From IMG/VR virus record IMGVR_UViG_3300034103_001442, positions 1 to 64,000 of that record: a stretch of DNA of 64,000 nt. One strand, given 5' to 3'. Below are positions 42,131 to 50,025 of the stretch, piece after piece. Position 1 is the stretch's first letter. Each line of letters begins with the position of its first letter. The notes under the pieces were generated by a model that had not been told where the DNA came from, made no database searches, and saw nothing but the letters and a program-made list of their open reading frames with translations. The DNA comes from a virus. The position numbers and the translations under genes are program-made.

Positions 42131-42841
42131 ATGGCTTTACCGAAAATACAATCACCTACATTTGAAGTGATTATACCATCCATTAACAAAACTGTTTTGT
42201 TTAGACCATTTTTAGTCAAAGAAGAAAAAATTCTTTTAATGGCTCAACAAAGCAATGATGATAAAGATATTATCAAGGCTATCAAGCAAGTTGTCAACAA
42301 CTGTTGTTTAGATGATAAATTAGACATCGACAAACTGGCAACATTTGATCTTGAGTATTTGTTTCTGAAACTTCGAGCAAGATCAGTGAACAACGTTGTC
42401 GAAATTTTATACAAAGATGCAGAAGATGAAAAGGAATACAAATTTTCTATAAATTTGGATGATGTTGAAGTTACGATGCCGAAAAAATCTGAAAAAAATA
42501 TTAAGATCAATAAGAAGTCTGGCATCGTTATGAAATACCCGAACTTGAGCATCGTGGACCAAATTAAAGATTTTAAAGATGAAATGGAGTTTTTAAACTT
42601 CTTCATCATTAAATGTATCGATGAAATTTACGATGAAAATGATGTTTACCCTGCATCAGAACAAACAGATGAAGAGTTGCAAGAGTTCATTGACAATTTG
42701 GATGTGAAAACCTTTGACAAAATCAGAGAGTTTATGGAGAATATGCCAAAACTTGAACATGTTATAACTTATACTAACTCTTTAGGAAAAGAGAAAAAAG
42801 TAACGTTGAGTACACTAAATGATTTTTTTACATTGGGCTGA
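42131..42841 (+). CDS. gp26: Baseplate hub assembly chaperone gp26
   Basis: MALPKI..PTFE..IPS......FRPFLVKEEKILLMA...FDLEYLFLKLRARSV...MKYP...MPKL...DFF; ATG after a GAGGAG SD. Confidence 0.93.
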   Translation: MALPKIQSPTFEVIIPSINKTVLFRPFLVKEEKILLMAQQSNDDKDIIKAIKQVVNNCCLDDKLDIDKLATFDLEYLFLKLRARSVNNVVEILYKDAEDEKEYKFSINLDDVEVTMPKKSEKNIKINKKSGIVMKYPNLSIVDQIKDFKDEMEFLNFFIIKCIDEIYDENDVYPASEQTDEELQEFIDNLDVKTFDKIREFMENMPKLEHVITYTNSLGKEKKVTLSTLNDFFTLG

Positions 42842-43008
42842 GTCATACCAGTTTAGCAAATTATTATAACATAATTTTCTCATTGGCTCAGCATCATAAA
42901 TACTCGATAAGTGATATTGAAAATTTGATACCGTTTGAAAGAGACTTGTATGTACAAATGTTAATAGACTTTTTGGAAAAAGAAAAAGAAAAAAGAGAGC
43001 AAAAATAA
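42823..43008 (+). CDS. gp51: Baseplate hub assembly catalyst gp51, probably reached by -1 frameshift from gp26
   Basis: Not in the ORF track. Reads (FFYIG)LSHTSLANYYNIIFSLAQHHKYSISDIENLIPFERDLYVQMLIDFLEKEKEKREQK*, the gp51 signature. The frame opens after TGA 42820-42822 and has no ATG before the conserved region. Confidence 0.85.
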   Translation, partial: FFYIGLSHTSLANYYNIIFSLAQHHKYSISDIENLIPFERDLYVQMLIDFLEKEKEKREQK

Positions 43009-44451
43009 ATGCCATTACCACTAGCAGGAATATTAGGAACCCTCGGAAGAGGAGCAATGTTAGCGAGATCAGTAACGCCAATTGTTTCGGGATTATCACT
43101 CAGCAGATTTGGTATGGGTAGAGTTTTCCCATTTTTGAAAGACACTCTGAAAAAAGGGGCAGAACTGATAAAACGTGGCGGCAAAGGCGTGGCGAAAAGA
43201 ATTCCTACTGCTGCTGCATTATTTCTTGGTCTTAATAAATTTGGCTCCAAATTTGGTGAAGAGGGCGGGGAATTTTTACAACCAGAGCAAAATGGTGGTG
43301 CGCAAAATGGTGGTGCGTTTTCGGAACGTGGTGTACTTGGTGCTGGGGGTGGTGAAGCATTAGGTGCTGCATTACCAAGTTTAAGAAATGCAAACATTCC
43401 ATCGCTGCCAAGTTATAAAAGTGGTAAAGAAGGAGAAACTACAGCCAAACTTCTTTCAATTGCAATTAAATATCTTGCTGGAATTGATGCCACTTTAAAA
43501 AACCAACTTGACGTACAAAGAGCATCATTTACACAAACAAATCAAGCAACAAGAGAAAAAAGTTTAGAGGGTTCCGATATAGAGGGGGGCAGACCTACAT
43601 CATCAATAGTATCAAGGATGAAAAGTGCTGGTGGTGGTATTTTGTCTTTCTTTTCCAGTATGTTAATGAAAACATTACTTTTAACTGCACCATTGATTAT
43701 CAAAAAGATTTCCGACATGGTGGATGGGTTTGATTTTGGTTTTGGTGATGATGAAGAAACCGAACCAAGAGCAACACCTCAAAATGGAATGACAAATCAA
43801 AATGGAATGACAAACGATAGACCATCTACAGGCGTTTTGTCTGTCAGAAACAATAATCCTGGTAATTTGAGATTTGCTAATCAAAGAGGGGCAATAGGAA
43901 AAGACAAAAACGGTTTTGCTATATTCCCAACTCGAGAAGCTGGAATGGAGGCAATGAGGCGTCAAGTCGCAAAGGACACTCAAGAAAGAGGTTTGACATT
44001 AGAAAATTTCATTAAAAAATATGCCCCGCCAAGCGAAAATCCAACTTCTGAATATGTGAAAAACGTTTCAGAAAAAACTGGAATTGCTCCAAATGCAAAA
44101 GTTCCTTCTGATAAAATACCTGATGTTATGAGGGCGATGGTGCTTCAAGAGGGCGGTCAACAGGCAATTCAATATTTTTATAACAATCAAGCCCCTACTT
44201 CTGGACAAATGGTTGCTCAACAAACTTCAGGGTCAGCAGCAAAAATTTCAGAAGCAGCAGTTGATAGAGCCGCCAGAGAAAGCGGAGTGGCAACAACGCC
44301 AACAACACCTGCACCAGTTGTAGTCGCTCAAAACGCACCACCGCCAAGTTCAACGACGGTGACTTCTGGTGGTCCTGGCGACCCAAGCAGTGTAAGTTCT
44401 GATAGAACGTTGATGACTTGGATTCAATACTTTTCACCATTGCAAGCATAA
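43009..44451 (+). CDS. Putative tape measure / hub protein (gp29 position) with NNPGN lysozyme-like domain
   Basis: Follows gp26/gp51. Amphipathic N-terminus; SVRNNNPGNLR...GFAIFPT.E.G...FIKKYAPPSEN.T..Y muramidase-like motif; P/T/S-rich tail. Confidence 0.65.
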   Translation: MPLPLAGILGTLGRGAMLARSVTPIVSGLSLSRFGMGRVFPFLKDTLKKGAELIKRGGKGVAKRIPTAAALFLGLNKFGSKFGEEGGEFLQPEQNGGAQNGGAFSERGVLGAGGGEALGAALPSLRNANIPSLPSYKSGKEGETTAKLLSIAIKYLAGIDATLKNQLDVQRASFTQTNQATREKSLEGSDIEGGRPTSSIVSRMKSAGGGILSFFSSMLMKTLLLTAPLIIKKISDMVDGFDFGFGDDEETEPRATPQNGMTNQNGMTNDRPSTGVLSVRNNNPGNLRFANQRGAIGKDKNGFAIFPTREAGMEAMRRQVAKDTQERGLTLENFIKKYAPPSENPTSEYVKNVSEKTGIAPNAKVPSDKIPDVMRAMVLQEGGQQAIQYFYNNQAPTSGQMVAQQTSGSAAKISEAAVDRAARESGVATTPTTPAPVVVAQNAPPPSSTTVTSGGPGDPSSVSSDRTLMTWIQYFSPLQA

Positions 44452-44482
44452 AAAAAGAGGGGTGGCTTTCACCACCCCTCCC
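44450..44482 (-). terminator. Rho-independent terminator after gp32
   Basis: Minus strand GAGGGGTGG-TGAAAG-CCACCCCTC-TTTTTTT, between convergent genes. Confidence 0.85.
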
Positions 44483-44507
44483 AACCCAATCAATCTTCAG
44501 CCGCGAA

Positions 44508-45407
44508 TTAATCCTCGCTAGCAAGTTTCTTGAAGAACTCAAGATCCTCGTCATCATCACTGCTTGTGGCAGTGACTGGAGCCTCCTTCGCCTTGAATGT
44601 AGGTGCTTCAGTAGCATCCTCCGTAGCGAGTTCGGCGCGAGTGTTAGGACGTGGTGCTGAGCCATCAAGACCCAAAACCATATCCAAACGTGCCTTGAGT
44701 TCCGCATAGGACTTGAAGTGCTTCGGGTCAACGAGTTCCTTGAGGGAATACTCCTTGTTCCAAACTTCCTCAAGTTTATCGTCCTCATCGAATAGTGGTG
44801 CGGGGGAATCGAATTCGGACTTATCGTAGTTGCGGTATCCCTCAACATTACGAATTTTCAACTTGAAGTTAGCACCCTTCCAAAGATCGAAAGGATTAAC
44901 TGGCTTTTCATCCTCAAACTGAGGATACATCATATCGTTAATCTTATCGAAAATCTTTTTACCATATCTAAAGAGAAATACTTTACCCTCATTGGCAGGG
45001 TTGGATGAGTCCTTCAGCACCATAATATTTGAAACATAAGTTAGGCGACGCTTTTGCTTACGTGCGAGTTCCTTATCGGACTCAATACCGCTGTTCCAAA
45101 GTTTGCTGTTGTACTCACCAACAGGGTCTTCCTTGTTCAAAGTCGTGAGTGACTTCTCGATATACCAAAGACCGCTTGGTCCTTGGAAACCGTGATCCCA
45201 AATGCGGACAAAAGGAATGTCCTCATTGCCTGGGGCTGGAAGAAAACGGATGAGGGCAAAACCATTACCTGCCTTATCAACCGTTGGCTTCCAATACTTT
45301 TCTTCTTCTTTAGAATTATCGAATGTGTTTTTGTTTAGTTTCTCCAACTCTTTGGTGAGTTTATCGAAACTGCTTGCGCTTGAACGCTTTAGGTCAGCAA
45401 ATGACAT
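44508..45407 (-). CDS. gp32: Single-stranded DNA-binding protein gp32
   Basis: MSFADLKR...YWKP..DKAGNG.A.IRFLPAP...H.FQGP.G.WYIE.SLTTL...GKVFL..YGKKIFDKI...NYDKSEF...DDDEDLEFFKKLA. Confidence 0.97.
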   Translation of the reverse strand: MSFADLKRSSASSFDKLTKELEKLNKNTFDNSKEEEKYWKPTVDKAGNGFALIRFLPAPGNEDIPFVRIWDHGFQGPSGLWYIEKSLTTLNKEDPVGEYNSKLWNSGIESDKELARKQKRRLTYVSNIMVLKDSSNPANEGKVFLFRYGKKIFDKINDMMYPQFEDEKPVNPFDLWKGANFKLKIRNVEGYRNYDKSEFDSPAPLFDEDDKLEEVWNKEYSLKELVDPKHFKSYAELKARLDMVLGLDGSAPRPNTRAELATEDATEAPTFKAKEAPVTATSSDDDEDLEFFKKLASED

Positions 45408-45471
45408 ATGTATCTCCTTGTATATCGTTGTATTACTTTGTATATCGTAGTATATGCCTTGTGGGCATGGT

Positions 45472-45479
45472 TATTTATA
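45472..45479 (-). promoter_or_regulatory. Late promoter TATAAATA upstream of gp32
   Basis: Exact T4 late consensus in the intergenic region. Confidence 0.8.
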
Positions 45480-47048
45480 TTACTTCGTCATGATCTCGTC
45501 GCCAACAACCAGAACGTCAAGATCACTTGTATCAAATAGTTTCTTTGCGTCATCCACGTATCCAGCAATAGGTGCGCCATTCACATTGAGTGAAGTGTTT
45601 AGCACCATTGGAATACCAGTTTTGCGTCGGAAACTTTCGATCAAGTCTCGGTAAATTGCATATTGTGGCTGCTCATTCACTGTTTGAATTCGGCAAGTAC
45701 CATCAACGTGCAAAATAGGTTTGAATTGAGTCTTATCAAGAGCATCAATTACATAAAGCATATATGGACTTTCATAGTCGCAGTCAAAATATTGGCTGGT
45801 GTATTCATTCAAAATAGATGCACCAAATGGACGGTATGGTTCACGCTTTTTAACACGCTCATTCAAAATGTCCTTACCGTTTTCAACATTTGGGTTCATC
45901 AAAATAGAACGATTGCCCAACGCTCTTGGTCCAATTTCACCATTGCCTTGGTACCACGCTACTATTTTACCCTGAGCAAGAAATTCCGCGGTCTTTTCTA
46001 TAGTGGATGCTGATGGCGTGCTATCAGGTGCTTGATCACTTTGCCAATATGGGAAGTTGCTATTGTCAAACTTCGGCTGGCAGAAAAGTTTACGCAGGAA
46101 CTCAACACAACCCAAACTCAAACCGTCATCTGGACAGTGAGGTGGGATATGCATATTCTTGAAACGTTTACGTAGCGAGGTGTTCACCACGGTGTTTTGA
46201 GCAGTACCGCCCGAGTATGTAATCACATCATCTGGATTTGCATACAGTGAGAAGTAGTCAGGCATCTTGCGCTCACCAAACACATGCATCCAGTGTGATA
46301 GATTAATCAACTGCTGTCTTTCGTCGGGAACTGGAACCAACATTTGGTTGGCTTGCATTGCAATTTGAATGAACTGATTGAGGTGGCGGTAACGCAGTGG
46401 CTCAACAAACTTCATCAAATGGTTGGTCAAATCATCGGGGACATTGTGGAATGACTTGAGTGCCATCAGTTTGCCAGCAATATCAAGAACAATTCCTTCA
46501 ATGCCGATCTTTTGTCCAACCTGTTCCATGGTGACTGACAGCCCCATGTTTTCGCTACGGTCTACATACTCAACGAGTTGGTCATTCTTAAAAATACCAG
46601 AAATGCGACCATGATCACCCAAACCGTCAAGAACAAAATGGGTTGATACTGTATCAAGATCGACAAGTGGCCAACAACTCAAAGTGTGTGAGTAGTGGTG
46701 GTCAACGCGATAAACTGGGCACTTGAATTGCGACCAAAGTTCATTTTTGCTTTTGTCGATTTCAAAGTAGTTCTCATTGATTTGAACTTCACGATCCAAC
46801 TTATGAAGTCCTGGATCATTTGAAATACAGATGCCATCAAGTTCCTGTAGGTCAATACCAAAAATGTCTTTGGCATGCTGAAGTAACTCTGGAACATCAT
46901 CCTTCTTTTCTACATCGCCACCCTTGATGGATGCGGTGTTGTAGTGCTTCTTTTGGACATTGCGTTCAATTTTGGCATAGCGAACCTTGATGCCGTCTGA
47001 ATATGCAATGTTACAATCATGACCGTTACGAATACCTAAAAATTTCAT
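45480..47048 (-). CDS. Carbamoyltransferase (NodU/CmcH/TobZ family)
   Basis: HD...ER...HHYSH...DGLGD...GKLMAL...GG.AQN...D.GLSLG; C-terminal G.IVAWYQG..EIGPRALGNRSIL...KKREPYRPFG...HVDGTCRIQTV...LNTSLN. Confidence 0.93.
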   Translation of the reverse strand: MKFLGIRNGHDCNIAYSDGIKVRYAKIERNVQKKHYNTASIKGGDVEKKDDVPELLQHAKDIFGIDLQELDGICISNDPGLHKLDREVQINENYFEIDKSKNELWSQFKCPVYRVDHHYSHTLSCWPLVDLDTVSTHFVLDGLGDHGRISGIFKNDQLVEYVDRSENMGLSVTMEQVGQKIGIEGIVLDIAGKLMALKSFHNVPDDLTNHLMKFVEPLRYRHLNQFIQIAMQANQMLVPVPDERQQLINLSHWMHVFGERKMPDYFSLYANPDDVITYSGGTAQNTVVNTSLRKRFKNMHIPPHCPDDGLSLGCVEFLRKLFCQPKFDNSNFPYWQSDQAPDSTPSASTIEKTAEFLAQGKIVAWYQGNGEIGPRALGNRSILMNPNVENGKDILNERVKKREPYRPFGASILNEYTSQYFDCDYESPYMLYVIDALDKTQFKPILHVDGTCRIQTVNEQPQYAIYRDLIESFRRKTGIPMVLNTSLNVNGAPIAGYVDDAKKLFDTSDLDVLVVGDEIMTK

Positions 47049-47063
47049 TCAAGTCTCCTCAAT

Positions 47064-47648
47064 TCAACTGAACGTTTCTTTCAATGCCTTCTTACATTTG
47101 AAAACGTTATACTGTACGAATGGTTTATACTTCAGACACTTATTATATATGCCTGGCCAAATAATGGTGTCTTCAATTTTCTTGTTCCAATATGGAAAAA
47201 AGTTGAAGATGTCATTCAGTATGATCAGGGTTTCAATGCTTATTTCTTTACGCAAAAACATCCTGAGTAAGTGTGGATGCTGTCCATCTTTAATTATAAT
47301 GTTTTCATCAAATTTAGTCAATAACTTTTTTGTCTCATTAGAAAAAATATATGTCAATGACTCCTGCTTTTTGAGCCAGTTGTTATAAATTTCCTCAGCA
47401 TCATCACTGAATAAGTCGCCAACCCACTTCAAATCACGTTCGACAAAGTTGGATACCAAAAATTTTTCAGCATCTTTATGCTTGCTCAGTCTATAAAACT
47501 GATACTTGTCTTTGCGTCGCTCAAATGAGTCACTGGTCGCTTTGACCTTTCCCTGGTACTTGAAGTAATCGTACCCACCGTCAAAGTGATATTTGAGAGC
47601 AAGAAATTTTTTATATGCTTCAAATGGACTCATACTCAATGAAATCAT
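47064..47648 (-). CDS. gp59: Helicase loader gp59
   Basis: FEAYK..LALK.HF...YDYFKYQGK......F..RKDKY.F..L...ISIETL.IL...KY.PF. Confidence 0.9.
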   Translation of the reverse strand: MISLSMSPFEAYKKFLALKYHFDGGYDYFKYQGKVKATSDSFERRKDKYQFYRLSKHKDAEKFLVSNFVERDLKWVGDLFSDDAEEIYNNWLKKQESLTYIFSNETKKLLTKFDENIIIKDGQHPHLLRMFLRKEISIETLIILNDIFNFFPYWNKKIEDTIIWPGIYNKCLKYKPFVQYNVFKCKKALKETFS

Positions 47649-47893
47649 ACAGGCAATTTAGCACGCTTTGGGAGGTAGTTCAAATTCTCATAGTCAGACT
47701 GAAGTTTTGACTTCATCTTTGGATTGCTTTTGACAATTGAGGCGGCAGTTTCAATCTCAATATTGTTTTTCTCGCAAAAGTGTACAACAGCATCCACATA
47801 TGTAATACCGAGGTCATTTACGATTTTATCAATCTCACGAATGAAATTTTCCGATGTCAGTGCTGTTTGCACTACCACTTCTTCAGTTTGCAT
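47645..47893 (-). CDS. gp33: Late transcription coactivator gp33
   Basis: F..EI..IV......Y.DA.VH.CE.N.IEIET........K.K.......LN.LP....LP. Confidence 0.9.
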   Translation of the reverse strand: MQTEEVVVQTALTSENFIREIDKIVNDLGITYVDAVVHFCEKNNIEIETAASIVKSNPKMKSKLQSDYENLNYLPKRAKLPV

Positions 47894-47894
47894 A

Positions 47895-48524
47895 TTACCC
47901 CTTGTAAAATAAATGATTGCCTATTTGTCTGACAAATTGTTTGGTCTTTGACCAACTAGGCTCAACATAGTCTGCATGAAAGAATGTCGCATTACCAATT
48001 ATACCGTAGTCACGTTTTAAAATCAATATGTTCTCAGCAATTTTCACGGATTCTTTCCATGATTGGTTACGTCGGACAATTTTGCCATCCTCGCAAACCC
48101 AAGAAAATTGACAAACACCCTTGACCTTTTGGTGAACAACACCACAAACTGTTCTTGGGTATTGTTTACTTTTGACACGGTTCATAGTCACTTCAGCGAC
48201 TGCGACTTTACCAGCATGCGGTTCGCCGCCAGCCTCAAAGTAAATATTTCTCGCCAAGCACTCAACTTCCTTCAGCACTGTCTTTTTCTTTTCATAAGAC
48301 AGGTTGAGAAATTCGACTTTATGATTCAACACTTCAAGTTCCGAAACAAGAAGTTCATTTGTTTCTTTTTGTGCTTCAAGTTTTTCTTGCATCCTGTCAA
48401 CTATGTTATAGGGTACAAACAGGGTGAAGAAAACTAGAGCAAAGAGTCCACCAAATCTCAAAAACAAATTATGATTTCTATCAAAATAGTTTTCAATACG
48501 ATGTAATGTGTCTACTGCATTCAT
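47895..48524 (-). CDS. Cell wall hydrolase SleB/CwlJ family with N-terminal TM helix and coiled coil
   Basis: CLARNIYFEAGGE...GKVAVA.V..NRV....YP.TVCGVV.Q....CQFSW.C...ATFFHADYV.P.W......IGNHLFY. Confidence 0.92.
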   Translation of the reverse strand: MNAVDTLHRIENYFDRNHNLFLRFGGLFALVFFTLFVPYNIVDRMQEKLEAQKETNELLVSELEVLNHKVEFLNLSYEKKKTVLKEVECLARNIYFEAGGEPHAGKVAVAEVTMNRVKSKQYPRTVCGVVHQKVKGVCQFSWVCEDGKIVRRNQSWKESVKIAENILILKRDYGIIGNATFFHADYVEPSWSKTKQFVRQIGNHLFYKG

Positions 48525-48554
48525 GTGTATTTTGCCTCCATTATTGCAGTTGAA

Positions 48555-48590
48555 AGAAAAGGGTGGACAGTTTTTACACTGCCACCCCTG
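48555..48590 (-). terminator. Rho-independent terminator at the 3' end of the tmRNA gene
   Basis: Minus strand GGGGTGG-CAG-TGTAAAAA-CTG-T-CCACCC-TTTTCTTT. Confidence 0.7.
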
Positions 48591-48830
48591 ACTATTCTGT
48601 TACCAAGTAGTCAACTCTGGTATTCTTATACTGCTATTAAGCAGCAAGAGCCATGTCGTAATTGCTATCGTTTGCAGTTACTATTTTGCGCTGATTAAGT
48701 CAGTCGCCTCACTGGTAGCCGTCTGGTTATTACTTGCTCCGTCGAAACTGTGCACCCCCATAGTGGTGGAGGTGGTGGGAATCGCACCCACGTCCGAAAC
48801 ACTTTTAACAGTCAGTTTACTACCATTAGT
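48560..48830 (-). ncRNA. ssrA: tmRNA (ssrA), circularly permuted two-piece form; tag peptide ANDSNYDMALAA
   Basis: Acceptor piece comes first: T-arm GTGGG-TGCGATT-CCCAC, then CACCTCC-A-CCA ending at 48764. A 4-nt spacer CTAT follows, then the coding piece starts GGGGGTG at 48759, giving a 7-bp acceptor stem with a G3.U70 Ala determinant. Inter-piece helices TGGTAGT/GCTACCA and TGTTTCG/CGGAGCA. Resume codon GCA at 48675, tag ending TAA TAG at 48639-48634. Confidence 0.95.
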
Positions 48831-48834
48831 TTGG

Positions 48835-48842
48835 TATTTATT
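48835..48842 (-). promoter_or_regulatory. Late-type promoter (AATAAATA) directly upstream of the tmRNA
   Basis: Same nnTAAATA element is found at intergenic sites 1964, 8484, 10818, 19073, 34340, 51150, 56285 and 57986. Confidence 0.6.
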
Positions 48843-48846
48843 TCAA

Positions 48847-49413
48847 TTAAAAAGGCGCATCCTCTTCACCCTTGAGCCAATTGAGAATTGTCTTTGGTGA
48901 AGTTTCGCCATATGGATCAGTTGGGCAGTTGTCCTTTTTGCCAGGCTCAATGAACCACTTTTCAATCTTACCGTTGTCAGCAACCACGGCATAACGCCAT
49001 GAGCGGTATCCAAAACCAAGGTTGTCCTTATCAACTAGCATTCGCATTTTGCTGGTGAAGTTACCACTGCCATCAGGAATGACTTTGACATTTTGAATGT
49101 TCTGAGCCTTTGCCCAAGCATTCATAACGAAAGCATCATTGACTGATACGCAATAAATCTCATCAACACCCTGCGCATTGAACTCTTCATACATTTCCTC
49201 AAACCCAGGCAACTGATAGGTTGAGCAGGTTGGGGTGAATGCACCAGGCAATGAGAAAACAACTACACGTTTGCCACCGAAATAATCATAGGATGAAACA
49301 TCCTCCCAGCGGTATGGGTTTGGTCCACCAACTGATTCATCGCGCACTCGAGTCTTAAAGACTACAGCAGGCAAAACCGTAGGCAAATCTTCTTCAAAAT
49401 TATCATCAAACAT
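48847..49413 (-). CDS. Peroxiredoxin (Prx5/AHP1 type)
   Basis: VVVFSLPGAFTPTCS..QLPGFE...DEIYCVSVNDAFVMNAW...IPDGSG.FT...GFG.RSWRYA. Start taken at ATG 49413 after GGAGG. Confidence 0.93.
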   Translation of the reverse strand: MFDDNFEEDLPTVLPAVVFKTRVRDESVGGPNPYRWEDVSSYDYFGGKRVVVFSLPGAFTPTCSTYQLPGFEEMYEEFNAQGVDEIYCVSVNDAFVMNAWAKAQNIQNVKVIPDGSGNFTSKMRMLVDKDNLGFGYRSWRYAVVADNGKIEKWFIEPGKKDNCPTDPYGETSPKTILNWLKGEEDAPF

Positions 49414-49990
49414 TTTCTTCCTCCATAAGAATTTTTTCATAAATTTCCTTCCAATTCCTGACCAGTGGGATCAGGTTGTCAATATAATGCATGTTGTGTT
49501 CGTGTTCCATTAGGATTGAATTCAACCCAATATCAGAACCAACCACAGCATTTTCGATCTTATCTTCAATCCAGTACAACCCCGAATCACGATAGGGTTC
49601 AAGTACCTTATCCTTATCAGCGCCAGTGTCAAGACAAATCACTGACTCGATTGCACTACCAAACAACTTGATCAAATTCTTTTCGCGCAGTCGCTTGGCA
49701 TAAGGGTCAAGGCTCAGTGAAGTGATTACGCGAAAAACGTAACCGTGCTCTTCGTGAAGTCGCTTGACGTAATACATGGCATCACGGTGTGGGGGTAAAA
49801 ACCCAATCGCCGCAGACTCATTAAACTGCCTGATCAGTTTTTTAGCGTTATCAATACCGTAACGTTCTCCAATGTTGTAAGCACTAGTGTCTACAACCTT
49901 GTGACCATGAGTCTCCATCCAACATTCAAATGCAAACTCCCAATTGAGTAGCACACCATCACAATCTGTCAATATCAATTTACTATTCAT
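49406..49990 (-). CDS. HAD-family phosphatase / 5'-nucleotidase-like (T4 gp30.2-like)
   Basis: ILTDCDGVLLNW (DxD motif I), ITSLS, WIEDK..NA..G. Confidence 0.85.
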   Translation of the reverse strand: MNSKLILTDCDGVLLNWEFAFECWMETHGHKVVDTSAYNIGERYGIDNAKKLIRQFNESAAIGFLPPHRDAMYYVKRLHEEHGYVFRVITSLSLDPYAKRLREKNLIKLFGSAIESVICLDTGADKDKVLEPYRDSGLYWIEDKIENAVVGSDIGLNSILMEHEHNMHYIDNLIPLVRNWKEIYEKILMEEENV

Positions 49991-49996
49991 AATACG

Positions 49997-50025
49997 ATAT
50001 TACGGCATTTCAGAAATAAAGTCAA
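49997..50025 (-). promoter_or_regulatory. Early/middle promoter TTGACT-17-TAATAT with TTTATTTCTGAAA box
   Basis: Member of a 6-copy promoter family; ATG lies 6 nt after the -10. Confidence 0.8.

Noticed and set aside
48750-48800. tRNA-Ala gene
   Set aside because: No anticodon arm, 3' half precedes 5' half, and a tag ORF follows; it is the tRNA-like domain of a permuted tmRNA.
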